From Octopus bimaculoides (lineage: Eukaryota), in the NCBI RefSeq assembly GCF_001194135.2, contig NC_068989.1:67859739-67912270 (forward strand): a stretch of 52,532 nt of DNA, given 5' to 3'. The notes under the pieces are model-generated. The model ran no database searches and was not told the origin of the DNA. It worked only from the letters and a program-made list of their open reading frames with translations. The position numbers were made by a program, and so were the translations under genes. Within the stretch, counting starts at the first letter, position 1. Every line of letters begins with the position of its first letter. This document shows, piece after piece, positions 12,641 to 24,405 of the stretch.

Positions 12641-13499
12641 AAATAAATAAATGTACGTGGGGTTCATAAATGGTTAGGATTAAAAAAATATATATAGCAG
12701 AGAAGTATGGAATGAATAATCAGTAAGATATATTGGGAAAGAATTTGCTACATTTTAAAATACACTGAAAATAATCGTCCGTATGCTTTCATACAAATAT
12801 ATGTATACATACACACACAGACAAATTATTTATATAATACATGCATTCGTACGTAAACACATACATACATACATACATACATACATAAATATATACATAC
12901 ATACATACACACGCACTCACACACATATGCCAGGTCACATGTGCGATCTGTCATGACTGTTACTGGCAATATGAAATCCTGTACAACCTGTTGCATGGTC
13001 ACGTCGTCGGCAACCAAACCGGCATCCTCACTATGCTTGCTGGTGAGGAGTGTTACTAGAAACCCAACAGGGCAGATGAACCTATTGTAGGTTGATCGAC
13101 TATCTAGCAAAGGCATGACCCTAAGAAATTTTTCTTGGTATCTGACGTGCTGGAAGACCACTTAGATGGAGGCAATGTCTCTACGAGGTCACTCTGATAT
13201 AAAACTAGACATGAAGGGAATGGTTTTGCACATTTTGGAGATCTTTTGCTCGCGCTTGAGATCATGGCGCTGTCACATCCCTGACCCTGTGATCCATATT
13301 GGCAGTGGATATCTTGTCCTGGCTTGTTTCTCGATCATATCAGTAGCGTAGAGAGGGTCTGTGAGGTTCTGTGCAAGCATTATTGAACTTGAAATTTTAG
13401 GTTGTGCAATCGCTGGCGAGGCGACTATTCTGTGATCTGTCAAATGAGAAAGCGTGGAAGCCGCGGACGCGCACCAAAATTTGAGCAAGTAACTGGTGA

Positions 13500-14230
13500 G
13501 CCTTGTGGCATGTTCTAAAGTATTACAAAAGATATGTTTTTGAAATTTTTGGTTCGTATATAACAGTCATCTTCTGTGCCTTGCACGAATAGCATATTCT
13601 GAATCTATTGATATATGGGTTGGTCAGTTCTTCGTTTTTCCTTTTACTAGAGTACTCTGCATTTTCATCATTGAACTGCTACACATATTTCGATAAAGCT
13701 GTTGCTCACCTCCTTCTTTTGTCTCTGAAGAATCATCAATAAGGTAATGTGAGTCTGGAGTCGTTCAACAACCCAAATGTGTGTAATTTCGTCTCTCCAT
13801 GTAAATTTAGTTGAATGTTTGAAAGTTAAATTCGATAGACTCAATATAGTTTTATACAGAAATGGCAGTGTATCTATATTTACGTTTACATAAGTTTAGA
13901 AAAGAATTGATTATCACCTTCAATGAGCGAAGCCTAAATTCAGTCATGAATATTCACCAGAACTTTGATCGAGTAGAACGTAATATCAAATTGAGGAAAC
14001 GTACATCTACTTTTTATTCCTAATACTGCTAAACCAACCAACTTCAACATTATCATCAACCCACTGGTAAATGCTCGTGTCTTGATACTGACATTTATAT
14101 AATTCAAAATGTACATACAGACCACTTCAAATTCGTTCTTAACAAGTTTTATTAACCAGGAGTTAGGATTAAATGTGGAATTCTCCTTATGGTCCTTTAA
14201 ACAGATGTAAAGTTTCACTCTTATTTAAAT
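13500..14230 (-). mobile_element. Penelope-like element RT relic
   Basis: ORF 13940-14218: CLKDHKENSTFNPNSWLIKLVKNEF..RCTFPQFDITFYSI matches the PLE RT pattern LKDHKxNFxxNPxCRLINPAK..FxQFDIxxFYPSI; decays downstream. Confidence 0.8.
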
Positions 14231-14775
14231 ATTCTAACTCATTCTATGGCTTTATTTTAGTAGCCGTAAACTTCATTCATCATTAATGTCATCATACGTA
14301 TTTATATGAACTTTTCAGTAATTTTGTGCTGAAATGCAGAAACCTGATGTAAGTATCTTCTGTAATTCATAAAAGTTTTCAGGGAGTGCACACACTTTGT
14401 TAGATTTCTTAATGGTTATAATGTCAAATTTAATTAATTTGAATATTATAGCTGGTTTTTGAATTTTACATAGCTGATTATTTCTAGAGTCTGCGCTTCA
14501 AAAACTTTGAGAATCCCTATTATTTTACCAGAACGTGGTGTATGTAATATTAGTGGTTTCGCTTACCGTTCTTAATTCAGAATACATATCACAAAATATC
14601 AAATCGTTAAAAATGTATTAAGAACAGTTGAAAAAAAAAACTTACTGATTCTTAATTTAAAATAAGTATCCTAATTATCTCTAAATATGATTTGTGAGAG
14701 GAGAAAATTTGTGAGAGAAGAAAATATATATGAATTATTCTTGGTTTTGTTGTTGAGACTTAGGAAAACTCCGAG

Positions 14776-14834
14776 TCATTAATGTTTATCATTATCATTA
14801 ATGTTTATCATTATCATTAATGTTTATCATTATC
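14776..14834 (+). repeat. Perfect 19-bp tandem repeat (TCATTAATGTTTATCATTA) x3
   Basis: Three identical units directly visible. Confidence 0.95.
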
Positions 14835-14847
14835 TCTCGATAACAAA

Positions 14848-15030
14848 GGCGGCGAGATGGCAGAATTGCTAGCACGCCGGACAAAATGTTTGACGGTATT
14901 TCGTATGTTCTGAGTTGAAATTCCAGCGTTTCGGCGTTTCGGAGTCAATAAAATAAGTAACAGTTGAGTACTGGGATGGGGGGATTGGATCTAGTTGACT
15001 AGCCCCCTCCCCTCGAAATTACTAGCCTTG
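14848..15030 (+). mobile_element. SINE family A copy with internal deletion
   Basis: GGCGGCGAGATGGCAGAATTGCTAGCACGCCGGACAAAATG..TTCTGAGTTGAAATTCC..CCCCCTCCCC.CGAAATT. Confidence 0.85.
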
Positions 15031-15059
15031 ATAATCGAGAAGGGTTGTCCATTCTCTTA

Positions 15060-15660
15060 CTTTGGAGAGGGATCACTTGCAGGAATCTGGAATTTGCTAC
15101 TTTGATATTATTGGTTACACTGGAAAAGGATATCTGATCAGACTATTGTTTGTCAATTTAAAGATATATATCACATTTCATTCTTATGGTATTTCCAGCA
15201 GACTCCTTTCTAGAACTCTACAGCACATTCCACTTTTAAGCTCCTCTTGGACTTGGACACATAAAATACACGAGAATGTTTGCCACATTGCCAAGAATTT
15301 AGAAAACAGATAAGCTCTTAAACGATGTCAAATTGTCTACACAATGTATGTCCCCTAAAGAACTCTCGAGGTTCTGAGCAAGACGTCGTTACAAAATTTA
15401 TATCATTATAAATCTTAACTGGAGAAAAGTAGCAGTGGTATTGTCAGGTGATTTCCATCAAAACTTTATAGTGATCCAAAGATCCAAGACAGAAAAAAGC
15501 TGGTGAATTCTGGGGCTGTCTCAAATCGTCGTTGCTTTGGAACAAAGTTAAAAGCTTCAAACTCTTTATAAACATTATAGTTAATTCTTCTTAGAGATCA
15601 TTTGTTTGGTCATTTGATCAAAAATTTGTTGCGTGTGGGAGAGGGAAGATTTCCTCTTGA
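15060..15660 (+). mobile_element. Helitron PIF1-like helicase relic
   Basis: Ordered motifs across frames: GYTGKGYLIRLL (Walker A), TAHSTFKLLLDL, CHIAKN, VVLSGDFHQ (GDFRQ), CLKSSLLWNKV, LLRVGEG. Confidence 0.85.
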
Positions 15661-16085
15661 GAGTAATAACATAACGGATCTAGCTCAAATATTTGCAGTG
15701 TTAGTCAATGACATCATTGACTAACAAGAAAACGGAAGAGCGAAAATGTTTGGTTAAAAAAACGTCAATTGTCAGATCCAATATCATATACATTGTGACT
15801 CATTGTACCTATTAATATGATTTGTTTTATCATTGCATGCATTGCAATTCTTATATTTGAATGTGTGAGTTTCCTCAGAGCACAAATGATATTTACTCCC
15901 ATGAGTTGTTTACTTCCACACATTCCGATTTCTCCTTATATCCCAAAATATTTTTCTAAATTAAAGAATTTCAGAACTAAAACATTATCACATTTATGTA
16001 ATCTCATGCTCTTGTTTAATTCATAAATATATCATTTACGCAATTAAATTTTAACACATACTATTAACATTTTTCCAATTTTAGC

Positions 16086-16267
16086 TCAAGATCAGCGATT
16101 TTGTGAAGAGGGGCTTAACCATTTACACTGTCCCCAGTACTTGACTTCATCTTTTTTTTATCGACTCCGAAAGGCTGAAAGCAACATTAACCTTGGCAGG
16201 ATTTTAAACATACAACGCTCTTAAGCAGTTTTTTCGACTCACTAACGATTCTGATAGCTCGCCACCT
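16086..16267 (-). mobile_element. Degenerate SINE family A copy
   Basis: CCCCAGTACTTGAC..TTATCGACTCCGAAAGGCTGAAAG..ACTAACGATTCTGATAGCTCGCCACC, collinear with 11813-12032. Confidence 0.75.
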
Positions 16268-16789
16268 GAACATATATTTTTAATATTGAACGAGTGTCTG
16301 TAACAGAGAGCATTAGACATCGGATTAGTGTAATAGTAATGAATGGAAAACACTATCATTTCAAAGATAAAATTTCAAGAAAAATCCAATAGCGCTTCTA
16401 TTAAATAAAGTATGATTTGATTAAGATCATTCTAAAGCATTTATAGCTACTTTTTAGGTTGGCTGATAGTGAGTGATCTATTAGTCATATAATACTAATC
16501 AAAACTATAGGAATGATACTGTTAGCTAGCTATTCAAACAATTCGGGAAAATTATTACGATTGTTAAAAAAAAAAAATGAACTTCTCTAATTTTTCGCTT
16601 TCACTTTCACCTCTTCTTCCATCTCCATCTCCATCTCCATCTCCAACTCGAGTTCCTCTTCATCCTACTAACAAAAGCAAAATCTTTTTACTTGAGAGAC
16701 ATTGACAACAGCCATTGCAACCCTGGAATAATCGATTATTTTGAATTGTTACGTAAAGTAAATCTGAGGAAATTATTTATAAAAGGTTG

Positions 16790-17200
16790 AAGCTTTGGGA
16801 AAGAATGATTTATCAAATTATTTAATGCACGCTAAGACTCGTTGGGATAACAGCAAAATGAGAGACGCGTACTGCATGCGAACTTGGATAACTGGAGCAT
16901 ACACCTTACTATTTGAAGATGCAGAACACTCTTTGAGAACGGTAGAAGAAAAATTAGAAGAAATAACCCCAAAGTGTGTTCGCAGTGTGTGAAAAACTGA
17001 ATGTTTTTCAGTCAGACAAACAGATTTCTTTTGGATGTTGTCAAAGGCGTTTGCATGTAGAAGCAGTTTCTTGGCAGGTACCCCAATATCAACCCTATTT
17101 GGGGTTTTCTGGGATCCAGGAGTTAGTCAAGCCCGAAGTATTTTTCGAACTTTAAAAGAAAACCCCATGCATGTGATACAGATTTGAGGACACCCTGATG
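16790..17200 (+). mobile_element. Possible decayed Tc1/mariner-type fragment
   Basis: HTH-like FEDAEHSLRTVEEKL, a WGF-like motif and the terminal-repeat-like end GAGGACACCCTG. Weak. Confidence 0.3.
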
Positions 17201-18614
17201 TATGGCTAGAGATTGTAAGGTCTAATTTTTCTAGCTATTTTTAGGGTGTTATTTTCACGGTATTAATTCTTTGTGACAGAAGAATACAAAAACGTTTTCA
17301 TGGTATACGTAGAGATAGTAACTTGGCGCAGTGAAGCTTTTCTGCATTCAAGGAGGATTCGAAGTTTCTGTTTTTGTTGGAAATTTCTACAGTAACGAAG
17401 TAATTTTTCATTATAGAAAATCAAACTGATAATACTTATAATATTGTCATTTGAAAAAAGAATAATAAAATAAACACGAATACTATTCGCTAGGTTCCTA
17501 AACATAAAAAAATACGTCGAGTAAAATTTTCACGAATACTGAGGATCAAAAGTTTCACTATCGATCTATATTCTTATAATGGTAATAGATATCTATAGAA
17601 AGAAAGGGTAGGTTATCATTAATTCCAGTCGGTCATTATCACAATATTTTTAAAAATGAAAGTGGTAAAGAATCTGCATGTTTTTCTACAAGCGTGAAGA
17701 TTCAACAAGGTTAATTTTATATTCTAATTCATTATTATAGATTTTATACCACGAGAATAGAAGAAGTTTTAAATGCTAATTAACTCTTTGGCAAATTATA
17801 AATAAATTTTATGAAATGGAAAAAATACAACAGACATAAAATCAGTAGCCGGATTATATTGTGATAATCAGTGAACCATTAAAGTCAGCCGGACCAAAGG
17901 AATTTTACTTCATTTTATTACTCAATTGTGTGTCTAACTCCCGAATAATTATATTACTGGAAGACATTCTTTTAAAAAAAGACTACGGCAAAGAGTGACT
18001 TGTAATTAAGCATGCCGTATTACTTTGAATTTTTAATGGGGCATGAATAAATTCATAGTAAATTTAACTAGAAAACGAAATGAAGAAATAAATCGAAGTA
18101 AAGGTAAAATACATACCTTGAAGTAACTTTTTCTTGAGCTTTGATGTTTAAGAGAGAATGTGAATCAAATCCATAAATAAATTGACATCAATAACACACA
18201 CACACACACACAATTGCCTTCAATATGTCTACACCGATAGCAAAATAACCTGCCCCTCACATTCCCGAGATGGCCATTGTGTTAAAGCATAAACGGCGAG
18301 GTTAATACCAATCCAAATAAATGTAATAATTTAGCTTTTTAAATAATTTATAAAGATTTGTCGATTTCTAAAGCTAAAGTGACATTATAGATTTACTCAT
18401 AGCTGTCATTATTCTAACTCTTTTTTAATCATACAGACATTAAACAGCTAGATTCTATTGTTTTTTTTCTTTGCTTTCTTTGCAGGATTGGTTGCCTTTC
18501 TGAGTATTTCCTCTGGTATATCAAATGATAATGAAGTGTAGTCATTTAAATATTTTAAGCAGAGATTTTGAAATTTTGCTTTCATTTTAGCAATTTTGTT
18601 TAATGTTTGAATTA

Positions 18615-19970
18615 CTTTTATTTGATAAAGTTTTTATCATTGAATGAATATTTATTCAGCAACGTATTTTTACGGGAAGAAAAGAAAGAAAAAAATTAAA
18701 AGTATAAAAGATTAAATTATCGAGAAAAAGCACCAGAATTACTTCATCAAAGAAAAAAACAACAACAAAAAAGTGGAGAAATTAAACAGCAAAAGAAGTT
18801 TCGTTGAGTAACAAGTTGTGCAACCCAGTCCAAATAGAGTGTTTAACTGCGCCCAGCGGACATGGTTGCGAAGATATTGCAACAGCCACCCCACCTCGCG
18901 GGGCTCATTTCTCAGACGACCGCTTTTACTCGAATTTTGTGGAGAAAATCAGCAGTCCGAGGTCTGAGAACACTGCTTTGCAGGCGGCTAAATCCGGATT
19001 TACAGCCTATGCAGAAAGGTTGGAGACGGTGAACATATCGCAGCACATCGGATCCCAGATTAGGGATTTATTTTCTTCGTATGGGAAGAGGGTTATACCG
19101 TCGGTGCGCTTACCATCCCTGCAGTTAAGACCTACTGGCTCCAGTTGTGATGGAAGCCGGTCACGTTGAGGACCCTTCTTGTGATGTCGCTCTGAGCGGC
19201 GTGTCGGGGAAACCAGCTGGCGCTGTGGCTGCAGGAAACGAGTTGCAGGCGGAATTCGTCAACTAAAGGTCCACAATGGCATTAATGCGACTCACACACG
19301 CGGTGATCGATTCATGCGACTCACACACGCGGTGATCGATTCATGCGACTCACACACGCGGTGATCGATTCATGCGACTCACACACGCGGAAGACCCGGG
19401 CCACTCCGATAAGAGTGCACTATTCAAGAAGGTTACCGTTTGATGAGGAGGGTATCGAATTGAGCCTCACGCCGCTGTTTGGCTTAGAAGCGGAACGGAG
19501 ACAGGTGAGTTGGTGCTAGTCTAAGGATGCCTCAATCAACCTGACTGTAGATTTGCATTTGAAGTCGTCGCAGTTACACTGGACATATGTATTCTGGGGA
19601 ACAGCAAGGCCTTCAACAGTCCAGAGCCGAGTCCAGTCCCCGGCCACATCGGGTTCAGCCATCCCGAAGAGGTCCTCGCCTACGAGGGTGCGGCTGAAGA
19701 AGATTGAGAAAATATTAGCCGGAAGACCCTGGCCCAAAGCGGAACGGAGGCCAAAGCTACTGAATCTCACAGACAGCTTCACCTATTGCAAGCCGGCGCT
19801 GCCAAAAGTAACATTGCAGATCAGTTCAGGACAACGCTAGATAGTGGCATCAATTTCGCCGAGGCGATCTGTGAGAGGGTGACATGGCGCACTGCATAGC
19901 AAGAAAAGGAGATTAGGGATGGCAAAGCAATTCCACAAAATGAAGAAAGCTGAGTGAGCGTCAAATTCTC
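18615..19970 (-). mobile_element. 5'-truncated CRE-clade (restriction-like endonuclease) non-LTR retrotransposon
   Basis: Minus-strand frames: DAHSAFFILWNCFAIPNLLFLL, LICNV, VRFSSFGLRSA, CHCGPLVD..SCSHSA..PRH (CCHC knuckle), LEPVGLNCRDGKRTDGITLFP..LIWD (RLE), EPREVGWL, then a T-rich 3' UTR ending AATAAAAG. Degenerate TSD TTTGAATTA / TGTGAAATA. Confidence 0.85.
19285..19390 (+). repeat. Perfect 29-bp tandem repeat (ATGCGACTCACACACGCGGTGATCGATTC), 3 units plus 19 nt
   Basis: Identical units directly visible inside the CRE element. Confidence 0.97.
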
Positions 19971-20421
19971 TGTGAAATAGTTCTTTGGTCCCAAATCATA
20001 GACGACAAAGTGCGAAACAGCAACATTTATATGACCAGTTACACATTGAAGTAACTCTACAGTAACTTAATTGTGACGAAGCAATAAAATATATTAATTT
20101 ACAGACCACTATATACGACACTTATTAACGTTTCTTTTATTATCGTGTCATAAATAACAAAGAAAATAAACAGAAATGAAATCGAAGAGCGATTAAAAAT
20201 CGTATAAAATTAAAATAACCAATTCGGTTGAATTTCTACCTACTTAACCGTCTTTGACTAATAATCAATTAATTTTATTCTATTTTTGTTACTTATAACC
20301 TTGATTTAAGGTAGCTCATTAATAATTTGTATATCTTCAAAACATTGGAAATAGAACATTAAACTTTTTAACACCGTCCATAGTCTTTATCATTTTATTT
20401 TTAGTGCCATATGCATATCAA

Positions 20422-20456
<35 letters not shown>

Positions 20457-20801
20457 NNNNNNNNNNNNNNNNNNNNNNNNNNNNNNNNNNNNNNNNNNNN
20501 NNNNNNNNNNNNNNNNNNNNNNNNNNNNNNNNNNNNNNNNNNNNNNNNNNNNNNNNNNNNNNNNNNNNNNNNNNNNNNNNNNNNNNNNNNNNNNNNNNNN
20601 NNNNNNNNNNNNNNNNNNNNNNNNNNNNNNNNNNNNNNNNNNNNNNNNNNNNNNNNNNNNNNNNNNNNNNNNNNNNNNNNNNNNNNNNNNNNNNNNNNNN
20701 NNNNNNNNNNNNNNNNNNNNNNNNNNNNNNNNNNNNNNNNNNNNNNNNNNNNNNNNNNNNNNNNNNNNNNNNNNNNNNNNNNNNNNNNNNNNNNNNNNNN
20801 N

Positions 20802-20847
<46 letters not shown>

Positions 20848-22634
20848 AGAAGTCATAGAGAAGCGAGATAACTCACGCGAGGTCCCGTTGCAGGAGTGGT
20901 AGATGTTAATGTTTCGTCGTATTTGTGACCTGTCAATACCACGTACCGAAAACACACGTGCGCACAGATACGCACACATATATGTATGTATGTATATATA
21001 TATATATATTTATATATATATACGTATGTATGTATGTGTTTTTATAATGATTGTGTTTGTGTCTGTGTACGTGGGATTGTGCGTAAATACATCTATATGA
21101 TATTATTCTTCGTTGAGCTGAAGTTCATTTTACAGCTTTCTAACATTACTATTTCATAGATATTAACATTTCCTTTTAATATTTCCCCACTTTGAAATGT
21201 ACCTAACACTCTTTCGACTTCAGAGATCTTTTGTCTGAGGCATTTGCATTATCATGAGACAAAATGTGGTATGAAAAACTTTTGTAAACAACACACCTAT
21301 CCTATACATAATTTCTTACACAACTAGATGATTAATGATGGTAGAAATTCTAATAGTGAAGCACATTGCTAAAATAAACATACCACATTTACTCCACTAA
21401 AACCTGATCTAGAATATAATGTGACCTCTACTCTATGTAGCTAAATAGTAAATTATTCATACTCTTATATCTTTCATGTTCAAGAGAAATACATAGCGCA
21501 GATTTCTAAATTATTAAACAGAATAAGTAACAAAAGGAATCTCTTCAATTTGTGAATATCGATATGAAAATTTTCCGGAGCACCACTCCTAAGTTTGTCA
21601 GAGGGTTGAAGCAAAGCCACTAAGGTTACTACGAAAGCAAACACACGCAATCATTTATTCTTTCATGTAATGTATAAAGATCTGTTAATTTGCGGGTGAA
21701 ATTAACATTGTTTAACTGCACTCATTCTTTTCAATATTTACTGCTACTATGCAATTAAAAGCTTTTGTGATTTTGTTCTCTTATTTTGAAGGATTGACTG
21801 CTTGTTTGAGTATCTCCTTTGGTATCTCGAAAGACACTAGATTTAAATAATATCAATATACAAATATTTTAATCACTTGATTTCGAAATTTTGCTTTGTT
21901 TTTCTTTTAGCAAGTCTTTGTGAATTAACCTCTTCCTTGACGCCAAGTCAGGCCGACTACAGATTAAACAACAGCAATAATATATGCATGACTGTTCAAA
22001 TATTGCTGTACCTCTGTAACACATTGCGCGGTGACACAAGTAACAGAATATAATATATATTTACAAAGAATATCTTCTAACTGATAAATAACGTTAATAA
22101 AAGATTGTTTTGTTTTTGTAGAATCATGATAATAAAGAAAATAATAAGGAATGAAATTGAAGAAAGCTTCAACAAAATTCATAAAATAAGAAAAATCATT
22201 AATTTGAATTTCTACTTACTTAACTATCTTTAAATCAATATAAATTAATTGGATCTTTCTGATTTAGCGGGCGCCACTTTTTATTTATGTTTTATTTAGC
22301 GTGTTTTCTACCGAAACACTTTCAAATTTCGTATACTTGTATATTTTGTCTTATAGAACAAAGAAAAAAATTTATATTCGAAGTTATTTCATGTTAAAAG
22401 TTGTCGTATTTTGGTAATTTCAACCAATCACTGACGTCTATTGAGGGGAAAACAATTACTGCTGTGGAATGTAAGCAACACGTTCTAGCGGTGTAATGGG
22501 ATCTTTTCCCTTGAATAAAATTAGTGCCGTTGTTTGTCAACAACAACTATCGGCGGTACTGTTATTTATGACATCGTTCGTGCGTTTGTACTGGTTTTAG
22601 CTTTAGGGTTTTAAGGTTAGGGTTCGGGGTTAGA

Positions 22635-22692
22635 GTTAGGGTTAGGGTTAGGGTTATGAGTATTTTTGCCAAACCCTAACCCTAACCCTAAC
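22635..22692. repeat. Inverted telomeric repeats (TTAGGG)n..(CCCTAA)n forming a 21-bp perfect stem with a 16-nt loop
   Basis: 22635-22655 GTTAGGGTTAGGGTTAGGGTT is the exact reverse complement of 22672-22692; degenerate TTAGGG units extend left to ~22598. Confidence 0.95.
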
Positions 22693-22866
22693 ATAACCAT
22701 ATAAATCGAACGATTATTTAAACAGAATAGAGTTTATAACTACACAGCACCAATATGTAAATAGAAAGGTATGATATGTGTGAGATGATTCATAAAGAAA
22801 ATATGAAAGAGCAATTTAAAATAAAGCATAATACACAGTCATGTTTGCATATATATACATATATAT

Positions 22867-22897
<31 letters not shown>

Positions 22898-23060
22898 TAC
22901 ACACACATATACACACATATACATATGTCGCTCCTTGTTTTTTATTTCTTTCTCTCGATTTTTCCGTATTAAACTCATTTGTCATTGTATTTCATGTTGT
23001 TTACTGTTGATGACGTCCTGTATCCATATATGCATATGTGTATATATATATGAATGTGTC

Positions 23061-23113
<53 letters not shown>

Positions 23114-23821
23114 NNNNNNNNNNNNNNNNNNNNNNNNNNNNNNNNNNNNNNNNNNNNNNNNNNNNNNNNNNNNNNNNNNNNNNNNNNNNNNNNNNNNNNN
23201 NNNNNNNNNNNNNNNNNNNNNNNNNNNNNNNNNNNNNNNNNNNNNNNNNNNNNNNNNNNNNNNNNNNNNNNNNNNNNNNNNNNNNNNNNNNNNNNNNNNN
23301 NNNNNNNNNNNNNNNNNNNNNNNNNNNNNNNNNNNNNNNNNNNNNNNNNNNNNNNNNNNNNNNNNNNNNNNNNNNNNNNNNNNNNNNNNNNNNNNNNNNN
23401 NNNNNNNNNNNNNNNNNNNNNNNNNNNNNNNNNNNNNNNNNNNNNNNNNNNNNNNNNNNNNNNNNNNNNNNNNNNNNNNNNNNNNNNNNNNNNNNNNNNN
23501 NNNNNNNNNNNNNNNNNNNNATATATATATATTTGTATGTGTGTACATATACACATATATCTTAATAAATACACGCACACACTTATATATCTGTAACACC
23601 GAGCAAACTATCAGATGCTATTATACACCGCTGTTCACAGTTCGTTTCCTCGCATTGTTACATCTTTCGGGCAGATCAACATTAGCATTCTGCTCTGAGT
23701 GCATGCATATAACAGCAACAGTTATACGCTAATAAAAGTGATTATGTAACTCTTGTTCTGTCGTCAGTCATTTATTTTCATTACGCCCGTACTAACCTGA
23801 TGATTGACTGTAAAGCTTATG

Positions 23822-24060
23822 TAAGGGGGGATGCTGAAAGGTCCTGGCTGTAAGGGTATCGCGAAAGGCCTGGTTGAAAGCCCACCATTCCGGGTTCTTT
23901 TATGGAGCTTAGAGAAAAACTGAAGGAACGCTGCAATAAGTGAATGAATCTGAGAAGGGAATATGTTGAATAAAATCACAACTGATCCTTCTGTATTTTC
24001 TGTTTCCTTTCCGAGATACATAATCGTATTCGACCAGGATTATCTGCCATCTCTGCTTGG
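23822..24060 (+). mobile_element. Mariner-derived MITE, older copy
   Basis: Homologous to the reverse complement of 31987-32202; left TIR GGGGGATGCTGAAAGGTCCTGGCT, right TIR degenerate. Confidence 0.75.
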
Positions 24061-24224
24061 AATTTTCCTCATGAACTCCTTCCTTTCCCGTTAAGGTTCA
24101 TTAACTTATTTCACATGTAAGCATTGCCATACTTTTCCCATATCAAAGTTATTAAGCATGCCCTTAACCTTCAAAATGCCTTTACAGTTCTTCTTTGAAA
24201 CTTGTAACCTCTATTTTGCAACTG

Positions 24225-24311
24225 ACACACGCACACACACGCACACACACGCACACACACGCACACACACACATACACACGCACACACACACACACACGC
24301 ACGCACACGCG

Positions 24312-24386
<75 letters not shown>

Positions 24387-24405
24387 GCACGCACGTACGC
24401 ACGCG
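24225..24405 (+). repeat. (CA)n microsatellite with CG interruptions
   Basis: Directly visible. Confidence 0.97.

Noticed and set aside
19285-19390. 29-bp repeats (and the 19-bp and 20-bp arrays) as a CRISPR array
   Set aside because: Head-to-tail units with no spacers, no cas genes, eukaryotic context.
18804-19840. Plus-strand ORFs 18804-19169 and 19553-19840 as genes
   Set aside because: They are antisense shadows of the GC-rich CRE element.
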